63,561 nucleotides of DNA. It comes from Dicyema japonicum (Eukaryota > Animalia > Dicyemida). The stretch's first letter is position 1. Every line of letters begins with the position of its first letter. The translations under genes and the position numbers were made by a program. This document shows positions 37,960 through 50,545 of the stretch, one piece after another. The stretch spans positions 198,239 through 261,799 of the forward strand of contig RDEW01000027.1 in NCBI GenBank assembly GCA_011109175.1. The letters are read 5' to 3'. Below the pieces are notes generated by a model, which searched no databases, was not told the origin of the DNA, and saw nothing but the letters and a program-made list of their open reading frames with translations.

Positions 37960-38345
37960 AATTTTGTAAAAATCTTCCTTTGGAACTGTGGAGGAATTTA
38001 TCCGCCAGGTATCGGAACCCTCTACAGGCAGTATATCGAACCAACAATAGGCTATGCATTTGCTGCGTGGGGATCTAACCTGGCGGCAACGAACCTAATA
38101 AAAATTCAAGAGATCCAGTCAAGAGCAATAAAGTTACAGAAAAATATACAGATAAAGAAATTGCCCCAGAACACTCGAGTCTATCATTGAGGCAATTTCA
38201 GAAGAGGAGGGAAAAAAGACCCCCGTCCGTATAGAAAATGTGTGGGGTCACGGTCAGAGCATCGAGAAAAGATTATTGAGAGATGCCGCGATCACCTGAA
38301 TATTAGTTAGTGGTTAAGACTGTGTTGCTTTGGCTTAAATAATAA
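37960..38345 (+). mobile_element. I/Jockey-like LINE 3' fragment
   Basis: YRQYIEPTIGYAFAAWGSNL; ends AAIT* with TAA tail. An inverted copy of the 3' end lies at 25755-25872. Confidence 0.75.
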
Positions 38346-38424
38346 TAATCTATAAAATAAAGTTTTTTTATTTAATATTTTTTCGTTTATTTTGACACCT
38401 TTTAATCATTACCATGCGTATATA

Positions 38425-39942
38425 CAGTGTGACCCCGAATTGGGGAAATTTTTCCCCAATTTTGAGGTTTTCCCCAAAAAAGAGGGTTTTCCTTAAATTT
38501 GGGTCTCCCCTGTTCGATATCCTACCTTAATAATATAACCAAGACGGATAATTACAATTTTTATTTTTAATAAAAAAATCTGTTAATTTTAATCGAGTGT
38601 TTTGTTTTTTTCGCATCGAACTCATAATATTTGCTTTGAATCTGTATAGATCAAGGACATATTCCGGAGTCTCTTGCTTCATAACATTTAGCAGCACTGT
38701 GAATACGCATTCCGCATTGTTTATAACGTGTTGATCATCCAAATGTTGCAGAAATTGTTCGCTGCAGTCTTCTTCATCACTACTATTATCATCCCAGAAG
38801 CTATCCAAAATTTCATTTTCCACAATATCCAATTCAATCAGACTTTCTCCGGTGTCCTCTTTTTCCCGACAGTCATATTCCAAAGCTTTTTCAAAGCAAT
38901 GTCGTATTGAAGTTTCAGTAATCTGGGCCCATGCCAATTTCGAACATGAAATAGCATCCAATATTATGATTCCCTTTATTGCATCATCTATTTGAGCTAC
39001 ATGATTTTTATCATTGATAATCGTTTTCATCATCCAATTATTGAAATGATTTTCTAATGTCTGTATTATCCCTTGGTCTCATGACTGAATTAAAAAAGTT
39101 GTATTTTTGGAAAAAATATTACGTCGACCTTTGAATATTGGGCAGAAACATCATGACAAGTTGCATTGTCAATTAATAATGCTATTTTTCTTCTTTTCTC
39201 TTTCGTTTCCTCGCTAAATTGAGATAACCAATTTTCAAAAATATTTTTTGTCATCCATGCTGTGCATGGAGCATAATATTCAATGCCGATTTCTTTCAGA
39301 TTCACACCTTTTAATACTCTTGGTGACTTCGCACGCCCAATTATAAGCGGTTCATATTTTTCTCCTCTGCAACTACGACACAAAGGAAGTGTCATACGTT
39401 CTTTTCTTATTTTATGTCCGCTGTGTGACTCAATTCTTTCAACAAAACTCTATTTTTGAAACGGCTTTATAAAATAATGCAGTTTCATCACAATTGAAAA
39501 TGCTTTCTTCATATTTATCAAGCAAACCATTGAAAGAGATGTTAAATCATTCATAAATCAATTTATCCTTATAGAGACCTGACTGTATATCCTTGCAAAT
39601 TCTGATCTTTTCACTTTGATTTAGTTTTCTAGGCATTCGCTTTCTAAAATTTATAGAATAACTTTAAAAATTGATAATTACAATTCCTTACCAGGTTAAT
39701 TAGTTAACTAACTAACCTACCAGGTTAAATAAATTTCAAAATTATTGATAATAAATTTGGTAAAACAGGTTAGAATAAATAATAATAAATCAAAAATTAT
39801 AGAATTATATTAATGAATCGTTTATGATTATATAAAATTTTTCCCCAGGTGGGGGTTTATTTCTTTAAAATCATCGTATTTTATAGGGATGGCGAAAATA
39901 TTTCCCCAAAAGCAAGGTTTTCCCCAATTCGGGGTCGAACTG
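38425..39942 (-). mobile_element. Second Tigger/pogo element with pseudogenised transposase
   Basis: TIRs CAGT(GT/TC)GACCCCGAATTGGGGAAA with TA TSDs; fragments NCDET, AWMTKNIF and LIDNATCH. Confidence 0.9.
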
Positions 39943-39959
39943 TACTCATCGTTGCTTAC

Positions 39960-40535
39960 AGATAAATCAACTAAATATACTGTCAATGTCCGGCATGTCC
40001 TTCCCTCAAGAGAAGGGGAAGACAGTCACCCCGTCTGGGAGCTTTCCATCTCCACGACCTAGGCCCACCGGTTCCAGAGACGATGGGAATCCAGCCGCCT
40101 CAAGAGAGCGTTTCACAACCCCGTTGATGGCTGCATGCCTTGGGAACCGGCCTGGCAGCAAGAGAGTAGTTGAAGACCTTTTAATTCCACAACAGATCCA
40201 CAACGGCATTGATGAGGCTGGCACAGGTCGATCCCGAGACAGATAGAAATCCCACTCCGGAGGGTGTCCTGATCAATGAGGGAACCAATTGACGATGATG
40301 GGAACGCGTTCAGCCAAACACCGCTGTGAAAGGAAGAGGCTGCCAGAATAACAGCTCTACGGTGCAAGTCTACCGTTTCCATAAGGGACGAATGAGTATT
40401 TTTGTACATGATGTACGTCCAGTTCCTCAGTAGGTGTGTATCAAGAGGGGTTTCTCGGAAAACCACGACCAGGTCCGGATGAGAAACGCGACTGAAAAAA
40501 ATTAGTAACAGAAAAAAACAAGCAAAAACTAGCAC
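39960..40535 (-). mobile_element. CRE-like CCHC/REL fragment (partly repeated at 45472-45850)
   Basis: SGVWLNAFP, CRCG, GRFPRH and [17 protein letters not shown] motifs. Confidence 0.8.
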
Positions 40536-40578
40536 ACGTCATCGCAAAGTCACAAGTCATTTGGAAATAATATATAAA

Positions 40579-40900
40579 TCAAGCTGGCCTTTTCGCGCTA
40601 TTAGAGTACTTTACAGATACGGGGGTGATACTATTATCATTCCACATCCAAAACAGCTGATTTCTCACAATCTAACATAAAAAACACATATACATGAAGA
40701 ACACAAGCTAAACAGTGCGGTTGTCTGTTATTGTGAGAGACACAACCATTTATTCCCTTCTTTAGACGTTTTGGAAGAGACTTGGATTGAATTAGAGGAA
40801 AGTTAATTGTGGAATCGAACACTGATGTTTCAAGTCTCCTCCGCATCGTCTTCTCGTCCAAAACATCGTCATTTTGGTCGGTCAAATCCATAAAATCAAT
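40579..40900 (-). CDS. 3' part of a duplicate of the GON4L-like gene, cut by the N at 40901
   Basis: Nearly identical to 45893-46215, same frame and same intron. Confidence 0.7.
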
Positions 40901-43446
40901 NATGTCAAAGCAAATTAAAAATATATTTCAACTGTGCTTAAAAATATGATAGAGGCGACTGGAACAATGCCCTTGTGAAGGATTCGAGTATGTGGACCAC
41001 GTCCATATCGGAAATGACCAGGAACGCAGTCGGAACAACGAGAAAAGATTCGAAGACTGTTGAGGGAGGCTGGGATTACCGGAATTTTGTTAATTTTGGT
41101 TATGGCGGTGGTTTTCTTGTTGAATTATAATAATAACAGTGCACAAATTTTTAATTTTAATCAATAAAGGCTTTAATTTTTTTAACAATCAAAAATTAAA
41201 AAAAACGACTAAAATCTTTTAACTAAGAAATCAGGAATGCGTAAATGTCCATTTTTATCACTTTAAAGTAATCTACATCTTCATGTGAAAATAAGGATTG
41301 TAGTAGAGCAGATCTTTGTATGAAGTTGTATCGATTCTCTCGGACGACAGTTAATTTTGAATCAGTCGCTGTGGAAATATCAGGACTCTTAGGAAGCAAA
41401 TTACTGACCCTGCTGAACCGTATCGGATCGCTTATCGCACAGAAAAAAAGATGAGAGTGAAAGCAACTGGCTCATTGAGAAGCATTTTCCTACAGATTGG
41501 TTAACTGTTTTCTGTGGAAAGAGTTGAGCTTCTCCAGTTTTTTGGTGGTTTGGTCCAAAGTCCCCGCGATGTAAAGTAGAATTGGTTTCATAAAAGAGTT
41601 GTGCAACCGAGTTCGAAGGCGACCTAATGAGGTGGATCCAATAACGCCATCACACGGAAAGAACATAATTTTTAACCAAAGGGCCACATAACACCACATG
41701 GCGCGCCGGGGCTAGATTTTTAGAAAAAAATAAAAAAAATAAAAAATAAAAATAGGTTAATAAAGTCTGTTAAATTTATTAACGTAATGTTTTTTGTTTT
41801 ATAATGAAAAAAAATATTATTTTTATGGGGGTACTAAAATTGACTAGGGGTTGCTATATTACCTATGGGGTACTATAAGTGCCTAGTGGCGGGGCACAAT
41901 TGCACCAGTACCCCCAATAATTTGCTTACAAAATTCGATGAACCTTTAAAAGGCATATTTTAAAAAAGTAATAAGATTAAATCGTTCATATTATTAGAAT
42001 AAAAGTGTTAATTATTCAAGTCGGTGATCATTTCATGAAGCTGTTCGCAAGATAAATTGTCAAGGAAATCAACTTTGACAGTAAATTGTTTGAAAATTCT
42101 GTCGCCGTCCTAGAACCGAAACCTATCTATTAATCAAATTTAAACAATCTTTTTCACAGCAATGATCTTGACTACAGTAAACTGCAGTAAGCAATATAAA
42201 AAAAGAAATTATAAATGGAATCATTAACCAAACATCGGCGATATTTGAATTTTATACTAAATTCATTAACGCAACGAAATTATTTAGGAACTTAAGTGAA
42301 TTGTTAAATCTGCCTCAATAATTCGCATCTTCTTAAAGCTGGCCAACTCACACTATAGAACTAAATTCATTAACGCAACGAAATTATTTAGGAACTTAAG
42401 TGAATTGTTAAATCTGCCTCAATAATTCGCATCTTCTTAAAGCTGGCCAACTCACACTATAGACTCTTCTAATGTCGATATCTGTTTTCCCCGATATTTA
42501 TGTTCTACAACATCTTTTAAACGTTTTGTCACTCTCTGTACTGATGACAGAGCAGGGCACCAAAAATTTAAGAGAAACGAATGTAAATTGCTGTCTTGTA
42601 AGGAGAAAAACTTCATCAAAAATTCGTTCAACAGTCGCCATTTCTTTTTCTCACTCAAAATATGCTTTTGGAAGTAGTAATCAATCGTGATGATTTTTAA
42701 AGTGTTGCTGCAAAATCCAAATATTCACGGATTGCAATCAGGAATTCTTTCATGTGAATAAATGCACACAAGAAATCAAAAAAAAAAGACTGTTGCAAAA
42801 AAACAACCGTCGCCTCGCATGTTATGCTGTAAATAGTGACATCGTCGTCATAAATAGGAGATGGTCACTGACGAAGAGCGATTTCACTGCGAACACACAT
42901 ATGCCGTAAAATTAAAACCAATGCGCTCGAAGTCTTCAGCGCTGTCAACACAACACGGTGATCACTAGCAGTTGATCTTGTCTATGATGAAACAACATCG
43001 AGAAAAAATGAGTATAACTTAGTAATGTAATATCTCTGGCTTAGATATTCTGCCTTGGCGGCTGGCCTTCACTTTATGTTAATGGGTACCAATCCTCTTC
43101 CAAACTAGTCTCTTGTCAGATAGAGTATATCTTCGTTTCCAGGCTTCAAATGATTCTGATTTTGTAAACGAATTCTATTTTTAGTCGATTATCACGTTCA
43201 TAATGGTAGTGTTTTGCTTTATAGAAAATATGTTTAGGTCGTCCATAAACAGCAGGTGGTTTCTTGCATAACTATAAGATCCTCGATCGGGGTTGTGAAT
43301 AACGACTTTGAAGTATTTCGTATTTAGTACCCTGCCCAGAAAATCAATTACAAGCTCAATGATATGCGATGATAAAGAGTCACCATGCAATATCCCCCTC
43401 TTAATTCTGATTTCCTCAATTTTATGATTAAATTCAACTTAATTTT

Positions 43447-45390
43447 TCATTCTACAATCCAGTAAGGAAGTCCAGTTTTATCGAGTACCCTAAACTTCAG
43501 TTGATGTTCTTTTGTTCTTAGAGTGTTACTGATTCCAGCATCAATAAGAGGGCATCCAAGTATTTCCAGTTGTTCTGATTTGGTTTCTGTGGCTTTCGGA
43601 ATGATCTCTCTGAACATATCAAGGATCAAGTCCCATTCAGGCTGCGGAAATCTAAAATTGATGACTTCACACTTATTGTTGTCTAGAGATAGGCATAGGC
43701 ATTCCAATTGGACTATCAGACTTTTCAAACAATCTAGTATATCCTTCGGATGGCCGCCCATGGTGCAATAATCCAAGTACCATACTCTCAGAGGAGTGGA
43801 ACAATTTCCTGTGATACGGGCCATTCCCAGGATGAACAAGACAGGCCCCAGTGAGTCTCCTTGTTGGACTCCAGAAGTCGATTGAATGTAATATTGGCCG
43901 TGTACCAGACTGGATGGTTTTCTGTACGAGCTATGATTATAGCTGTACACTGATGGGTAGTATGTGAATCGATCCTCCAGAATTGTATCACGTCGTATCG
44001 AGTTGAAGGCATTTTTAATGTCAATTTTGACGATTACGTGAGGAATGTTCTCGTTCTTTTCGGTGAATGTTCGGACAGCATGAACTGCCGCTTCACAACC
44101 CCCCGGCGTGCCGACCCCTATTTGGGTTGTTTGTAGCTGTGTTATCAGCGTAGGCAGGATTATTCTGCATACTAGCTTTGGCCAACACAAGCCGGACCCA
44201 AGAGTTGCCCGTGTTATGAGCAATGAGATCTTTGAGGTGACCCGGACGGTCCTCCTCTGCTGTTCGGGACGAAAGAGAGAATCCCATCTTTTACGTCCTC
44301 TTTAGAGACAAGTAGATTGGGTAATTGTCCTGGGCAAGAAAAAATCCGGTAGTCGTTGGGGAGACTTGGGTGTCACTCAACAAGTGATGCGTAGGAATGT
44401 TCAGAAATCTCAATTATACGGTGTTGATCTGCAAGGATCCTCACGACAGCACAAATTCCGGTAGTCGTTGGGGAGACTTGGGTGTCACTCAACAAGTGAT
44501 GCGTAGGAATGTTCAGAAATCTCAATTATACGGTGTTGATCTGCAAGGATCCTCACGACAGCACAAATTCCACCTTCCGAAAGTTTTCGACGGATCGCAC
44601 TTCTTAATCTCTGAGTGTCCGAGATAGTCGATGTTGGCTTCCCATGGTTTTGGGATTTATAGGTTAGCTTTTCTGAGTCTGTTCTTTAAGAAGAATGTGT
44701 GGACACTCTTTTACTAATGACGTAAGTGATTTTTCTTCTTTCTCCCTTTTATGGGGTATGCATAGTGTGAATGGAGCGAAGCAAAATAATTGTACCTGAT
44801 CCTCAGAGTCGTCCGAAGAAACTACCCTTTCAATACACTCACATAGGCAGTTCGCGACAGATATACGGGTAGCTTTGGGGATCCTGATCAGGAGTCTTCG
44901 AGTGTTTGTCAGGTTTGAGATCAATTCAAGTATTTCCTGATGATCTAGTGGACCATGTTCATAATGGTAGCGTAGGGAAAAGTTTGTCGTATTATTTGAA
45001 AGGAGACAAGACCGACAGTGCCAATCGAAATTGGCAGCCAAAGCTCTTTTAGTCATTCCGGCACAGGATATGTGGAAGCCACACGAACAGGCTGTGAAAT
45101 GGATCATCCGCTTTCTTTTGTGCATTATGTTGCATTTTTTTGCAGATCTCATCTTCTTTTGCAGTTTTCTGCATGTTTTTTTTGATTTTCCTTTCTTTTT
45201 CTCTTCTTTTCTCTTAGCACCACAACGACCACAACTAGCAATTGCGTAAAAGGTGAAATTATCTCGAAATAAAATTCAAAATCATATTGTGTTATCAAGA
45301 CTATACAACCACGACCACAACTAGCAATTGCGTAAAAGGTGAAATTATCTCGAAATAAAATTCAAAATCATATTGTGTTATCAAGACTAT
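43447..45390 (-). mobile_element. CRE-like retrotransposon 5' part with N-terminal PHD finger and RT (duplicate at 53983-55720)
   Basis: C..C...C.CGFHISC...WHCRSC; LRPIWVGVP; GTPGGCEAAVHAVR; KIDIKNAFNSIRR; GVQQGDSLGP; WYLD. Confidence 0.85.
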
Positions 45391-45892
45391 ACAACCAGTC
45401 TATATAGTCCCCTACAATACCAAACATATGGAAGAACTCATTGATTACTCCAAACCTCAAGCCTGGAAAATCAGCAAGAGAGTAGTTGAAGACCTTTTAA
45501 TTCCACAACAGATCCACAACGGCATTGATGAGGCTGGCACAGGTCGATCCCGAGACAGATAGAAATCCCACTCCGGCGGGTGTCCTGATCAATGAGGGAA
45601 CCAATTGACGATGATGGGAACGCGTTCAGCCAAACACCGCTGTGAAAGAAAGAGGCTGCCAGAATAACAGCTCTACGGTGCAAGTCTACCGTTTCCATAA
45701 GGGACGAATGAGTATTTTTGTACATGATGTACGTCCAGTTCCTCAGTAGGTGTGTATCAAGAGGGGTTTCTCGGAAAACCACGACCAGGTCCGGATGAGA
45801 AACGCGACTGAAAAAAATTAGTAACAGAAAAAACAAGCAAAAACTAGCACACGTCATCGCAAAGTCACAGTCATTTGGAAATAATATACAAA

Positions 45893-46870
45893 TCAAGCTG
45901 GTCTTTTCTCGCTATTAGAGTACTTTACAGATACGGGGGTGATATTATTATCATTCCACATCCAAAACAGCTGATTTCTCACAATCTAACATAAAAAACA
46001 CATATACATGAAGAACACAAGCTAAACAATGCGGTTGTCTGTTATTGTGAGAGACACAACCATTTATTCCCTTCTTTAGACGTTTTGGAAGAGACTTGGA
46101 TTGAATTAGAGGAAAGTTAATTGTGGAATCGAACACTGATGTTTCAAGTCTCCTCCGCATCGTCTTCTCGTCCAAAACATCGTCATTTTGGTCGGTCAAA
46201 TCCATAAAATCAATGTTAAATGACCCTGGAAGACAATCTCCAACCCCAAGGATGAATTTTAGCTCAGAAACTGCTGATTTTGGATAAAAAACTTGATCAA
46301 TAATTTTCTTGAATCCTTCAATGCCTTCTTGGACGTCAAATGACGCCAATTTTGTTATAAAAGAGGCATTTTCAAGTCCAATTTGACGGATTAGGAAGCG
46401 AATCTTCTCCACGATAGTAGCCTCGAGGGAAAATCCCAGTTTGAGAGACTCTTTCGGAGTAAGGAGATGAATAAAATGAGCTGAAAGTCTTTGAGCTTGA
46501 GTCTGCTGAGGAATCGAGGTCATAAACTCCCTCATAAGTTCTTGAATAGATTCACTACCGTCCATTTTTTGAGAGCCATAGTCCACGATCTTGCTCAGAA
46601 TTCTATGGAAACTCATTACGTCATCAGCGAGGGAGTCTTTAAGTCGATTGAAAAACTGGAAGGCAAGAAATCTGTTTAATTGGAGATTCTATCTTTAATA
46701 TTATTTGTTCTAACTGTTTTGGAGGGAACCGTTGTCTTCTTCCACTTTCTCTTCCGTGGTTTCAGAATTGAATTTTTTTCAGTTTTTGACGGGACTGAAA
46801 GAGATTGGTATTCTTCGTCCTTATTTGAGGCAGCACGTATAAAATTGGGGAGTAACTCTGATACAGTCAT
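45893..46870 (-). CDS. GON4L-like PAH-domain protein, 309 aa, 3 exons
   Basis: Introns 46689-46714 (26 nt) and 45986-46007 (22 nt). RLSAHFIHLLTPKESLKLGFSLEATIVEKIRFLIRQI aligns by eye with the GON4L PAH1-PAH2 segment [37 protein letters not shown]. Basic NLS-like KPRKRKWKK; C-terminal C..H.....HC..C motif. Confidence 0.6.
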
Positions 46871-47049
46871 CTCATCTTCACTTATTTAGTAAAATGATTT
46901 TAAAATACCTTGCGCTTTCTAAGGTTAAGGAATTCGTTTCTGTTAAGTTAGATTCTTGCATAAAAATATGAATTTTTAAATATTAAATTAATAATTTAAA
47001 AATTAATAAATTATATTAGCAAATACAAAATAAACTGAATAAAATATTA

Positions 47050-47620
47050 AAGAACACCTGGCTCCACAAAAAGGGCCTTGACATTATAACAAAAACTCGA
47101 TTATACAACTCGATAGTGAAACCCATACTACTGTATAACGCTGGTACCTGGGCCTGCTCAAGAAATGAACTGAAGAGGCTTAATGCGTTTCATAGAGACC
47201 AACTACGGCATATGATGTTCGAAAGAAGTGATACGAGGATGTCATCTAATCTTCTTTATAAAAGGACGAAGACCTCAGAAATTTCTAATGAGATTCTGGA
47301 TACACGATGGAGGCTTTTCGGCCATATTCTGCGACTGGACATAGATCCCCCGCAAACGTAGCCATGGAAAATTACTTCATGTTGGAGGCCCCCCGTTTCC
47401 GTGATCGCCCAAAGACGACACTGACAGTCGTTCTCGACGAGGACCTTAAAGAAATGGGACGGCATCTTGGAAATAGAGAGGATCTTGACTGGTTGCGCAC
47501 TGCGGCTTTGAATAGGAGGAAGTGGATGAAACTAACCAGTGATTTGCTAACTCGTGTTGCAGATGCTTTGTCAAGTCCTATGACATAGCGATAAGTGCTT
47601 ATAATAATAATAAAATAAAC
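47050..47620 (+). mobile_element. RTE LINE 3' fragment
   Basis: KPILLYNAGTW, RWRLFGHILRLD; terminal AAGTGCT(TAA)n. Confidence 0.85.
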
Positions 47621-48689
47621 TGAACACTTATGCCACTTACATCCTAACACCCTTATGAAACATTACGCTGGAATTAGCTTCAAACCATTCTCGAAACACC
47701 TGGACATTAGGGTGCGTGCCCATAAACCGAAGAAGGAACCTTACCACGAACTATTCTTAGATGACCAAGTCTTGGATGTTATCACCAGATTAAAGAGCTC
47801 ACGGGCGTGCGGGCTTGACAAAGTATCTTCTATTCACCTAAAATACCTAAGCCACTATGCAATTAGCTACCTCACGCAAATATACAACCAGTCCATTAAC
47901 TATAATATTATTCTTAAAATTTGGAAAAATTATATCATCAAACCAATATTGAAGGCTGGGAAACCAGAGACAGAAACTGCCTCCTACAGGCCTATTCCGA
48001 AGAGTAGTATAATGATTGGATACAATTCCGTTGACGTTTTATGGAAGGCTGGAGCTGTTGCTGGTACGGGATCGTCTATTTTCTACCGAGAATGCCTCCG
48101 AATTCGTAATCATAAAGTCGTTTGTGATGTATTGTGTGAATTCGCATGCATGAAAGTTTGTTGCGACGGAGTATGGATTAGTGTTGGAATTCTATACTCC
48201 AAGAATTTGAGACTTGTTCTACAGATATCTCTGAGTTCTACACAAGAATCCCTATACAATCTTAATACACGTGGTTTCGCGATATCAATCGTATCGTTTC
48301 GTTAAAACTAGATCGATTAAGATCGAATAAGAAACTTCCTTGTGGCACAAATGGGACCTTAGTTAATGTAGCATTCTTATGAATTAGCTTGATCCTGGAT
48401 GATATAAAGAAGGTGTCCGCCGATATATTTAATCACTCCGTCGAGGATCTGCTAATTGTTGATGGCACTGTCAGCATCTTAAAAGTGATGACGGTAATCA
48501 TGGAATGCAAGGTCAATGTACCTGGATATGACCACACATCAATAAAACTTATCAAAGAGGGTCCGGATAGTTTATTTGACCTCAATTTCATCATTCAGAA
48601 TTTCAAGCAAACATCATCCTTTAAAAGCACGTCATTCGCCGATCGTTCCGATGTCGATATCAGTTTCCACCGTCTGGCGTGATTAACTC

Positions 48690-49150
48690 ATATTTATGTT
48701 TTACCATAGCATTTTGAATTAATGACTATTCGCTGGCAAACAGATCGTATTTATGCAGTTTTTCTACTTTGACATGTTATTATGCATGTTGGAAAAAGAT
48801 TCCTACTTCAATCAGCGTTGGTGTTACTTTTATCAAGCAGAATAAAAATCCGGTTTGTTAGTCCGTAGCTTCGAATCTGTGGCAACTGCTGTATTCAATC
48901 GAATCTCTACAGAGGCGTTTGAAATAATAGGCTGCATGGAGTATGTCTCTTTGAGTCTCTGTCTTCTTAATTCCATATTGACGAAAGGTGTAGACGTATG
49001 AACACCTCAGTTTGCCATCTCATGCAGTTGCCGTTTAACATAAGACCACACCTTGTCGCTAAGTTGTCGAAACTTTTCCTAGCAGAATTACAGTGGCTGT
49101 ACTCAGGGGCGTGCCAAGTTTTTTGCTGCCTGGATGAGTATATAATCATG
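48690..49150 (-). mobile_element. R4-like CCHC/REL 3' fragment
   Basis: NLATRCGLML, QYGIKKT.RLK and NKPD..LIEVGI remnants match 59867-60426. Confidence 0.65.
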
Positions 49151-49399
49151 ATGCCCCTTAAAACAAACTTAAGAAACCGTACTAAATAAATTATGTTGTC
49201 ATAAATGAGAATGAATGCAAGATCAAGTAATATGAGGTGTATCATTATTTAATTTATGAACAATAAACAAAAAGTCACTTAGTTCCATGCCCAATCGATT
49301 CATTGCTGTCAACAAAAGTCTTTACAAAAGCTTCTTTCACCTCGATTGTCAGGAATTTATTTTCAATTCTGATCAAAGATAAACTATAGATAAACTTGA

Positions 49400-50545
49400 C
49401 TGAACACCCATCCCCCGCCTCACAACGCACAATCTTGGTTTCTATTGACATCATCAACAAAGCCTTTGACACTGTTTCGAGGAAAATCCTGGTTGGAAAA
49501 ATATTTTCTACTAATATTCGTCCGAATGTGAAATTATGGCTGGCCAACTTTTTGTCTGAAAGACGTGGAAGAGTGATCAGTGATGATCTCAGATCTAGAT
49601 CACGATTACTACCAAACGGGGTACCCCAGGGGTCTCCACTTTCACCAATTCTATTCAACTTATTCCTGCACGACCTACCTAATGATGGAGACGAAGATTC
49701 CCTGCTATTATCCTACGCAGACGATGTAATCATTGCAATACGGAACCGCTCGTCGCATCCTTTAAAACTCAGGCAAAATTGAACATTCTCCACGATTGGA
49801 TTGTTGGCAATCGACTTACGATTTCTGCAACCAAGTCTATCTGTTCCACTTTGGACCGTCGTTCTAAGAATGAACCGAGTATCTTTATTGGTCCCACTCG
49901 GATTCCAGTGACAAGGTCCCCCACTGTTCTTGCAGTCAAGTACGACAGTCTATTCAAATTTAACTCCCACGCAAAAGACATGATTACCAGGGGCCTCCAG
50001 AAAATTAACGTTTTACGCGCCCTTGTCCGGAGTCCCCCGAGGAATATGGACTTTTCTGTTTCTACCCTCTACCAACAAACAATCGCGCCAGCAGGGGCCT
50101 CCAGAAAATTAACGTTTTACGCGCCCTTGTCCGGAGTCCCCCGAGGAATATGGACTTTTCTGTTTCTACCCTCTACCAACAAACAATCGCGCCAGCCGTT
50201 GAGTATGCCTCCGTTGCATGGAGATTCGCCAGCCGTTGAGTATGCCTCCACTACTCATGGAAGCTAAGATCCGTAGTCGTGGCTCCGGATTTCTTCTCGT
50301 CTGTGAGGAAGATGGAAACCCGCTTCGCCTGATCCTTTACATGGCAAGAGAAAACCGATTGGATAAGAAATTCCGTTCCCCGATCGGATTCCTCTGCAAG
50401 ACCGAGAGAAGGCTTTTCCGGAAAGTAGTGGGGACAATGGAAGATCACAGACGTCGAATGGCACAATTGATTGCGAGGACTGGGATCACATAACTGTTTG
50501 ACTCTTTTGTCTTTCTTTCTTGGTGTTCCCTGGGTTATTAAAAAA
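49400..50545 (+). mobile_element. I/Jockey-like LINE RT and 3' end
   Basis: IDIINKAFD, GVPQGSPLSP and YADD; ends RTGIT* with A/TAA tail; internal 104-bp tandem duplication at 49988-50195. Confidence 0.85.

Noticed and set aside
41690-43150. Unclassified element with GC-rich end CATGGCGCGC and a 68-aa ORF (also 52360-53690)
   Set aside because: Could be a DNA transposon remnant, but I found no matching second TIR or diagnostic motif.
48389-48682. 97-aa ORF
   Set aside because: No ATG start and only a weak, unconvincing resemblance to DDE transposases.
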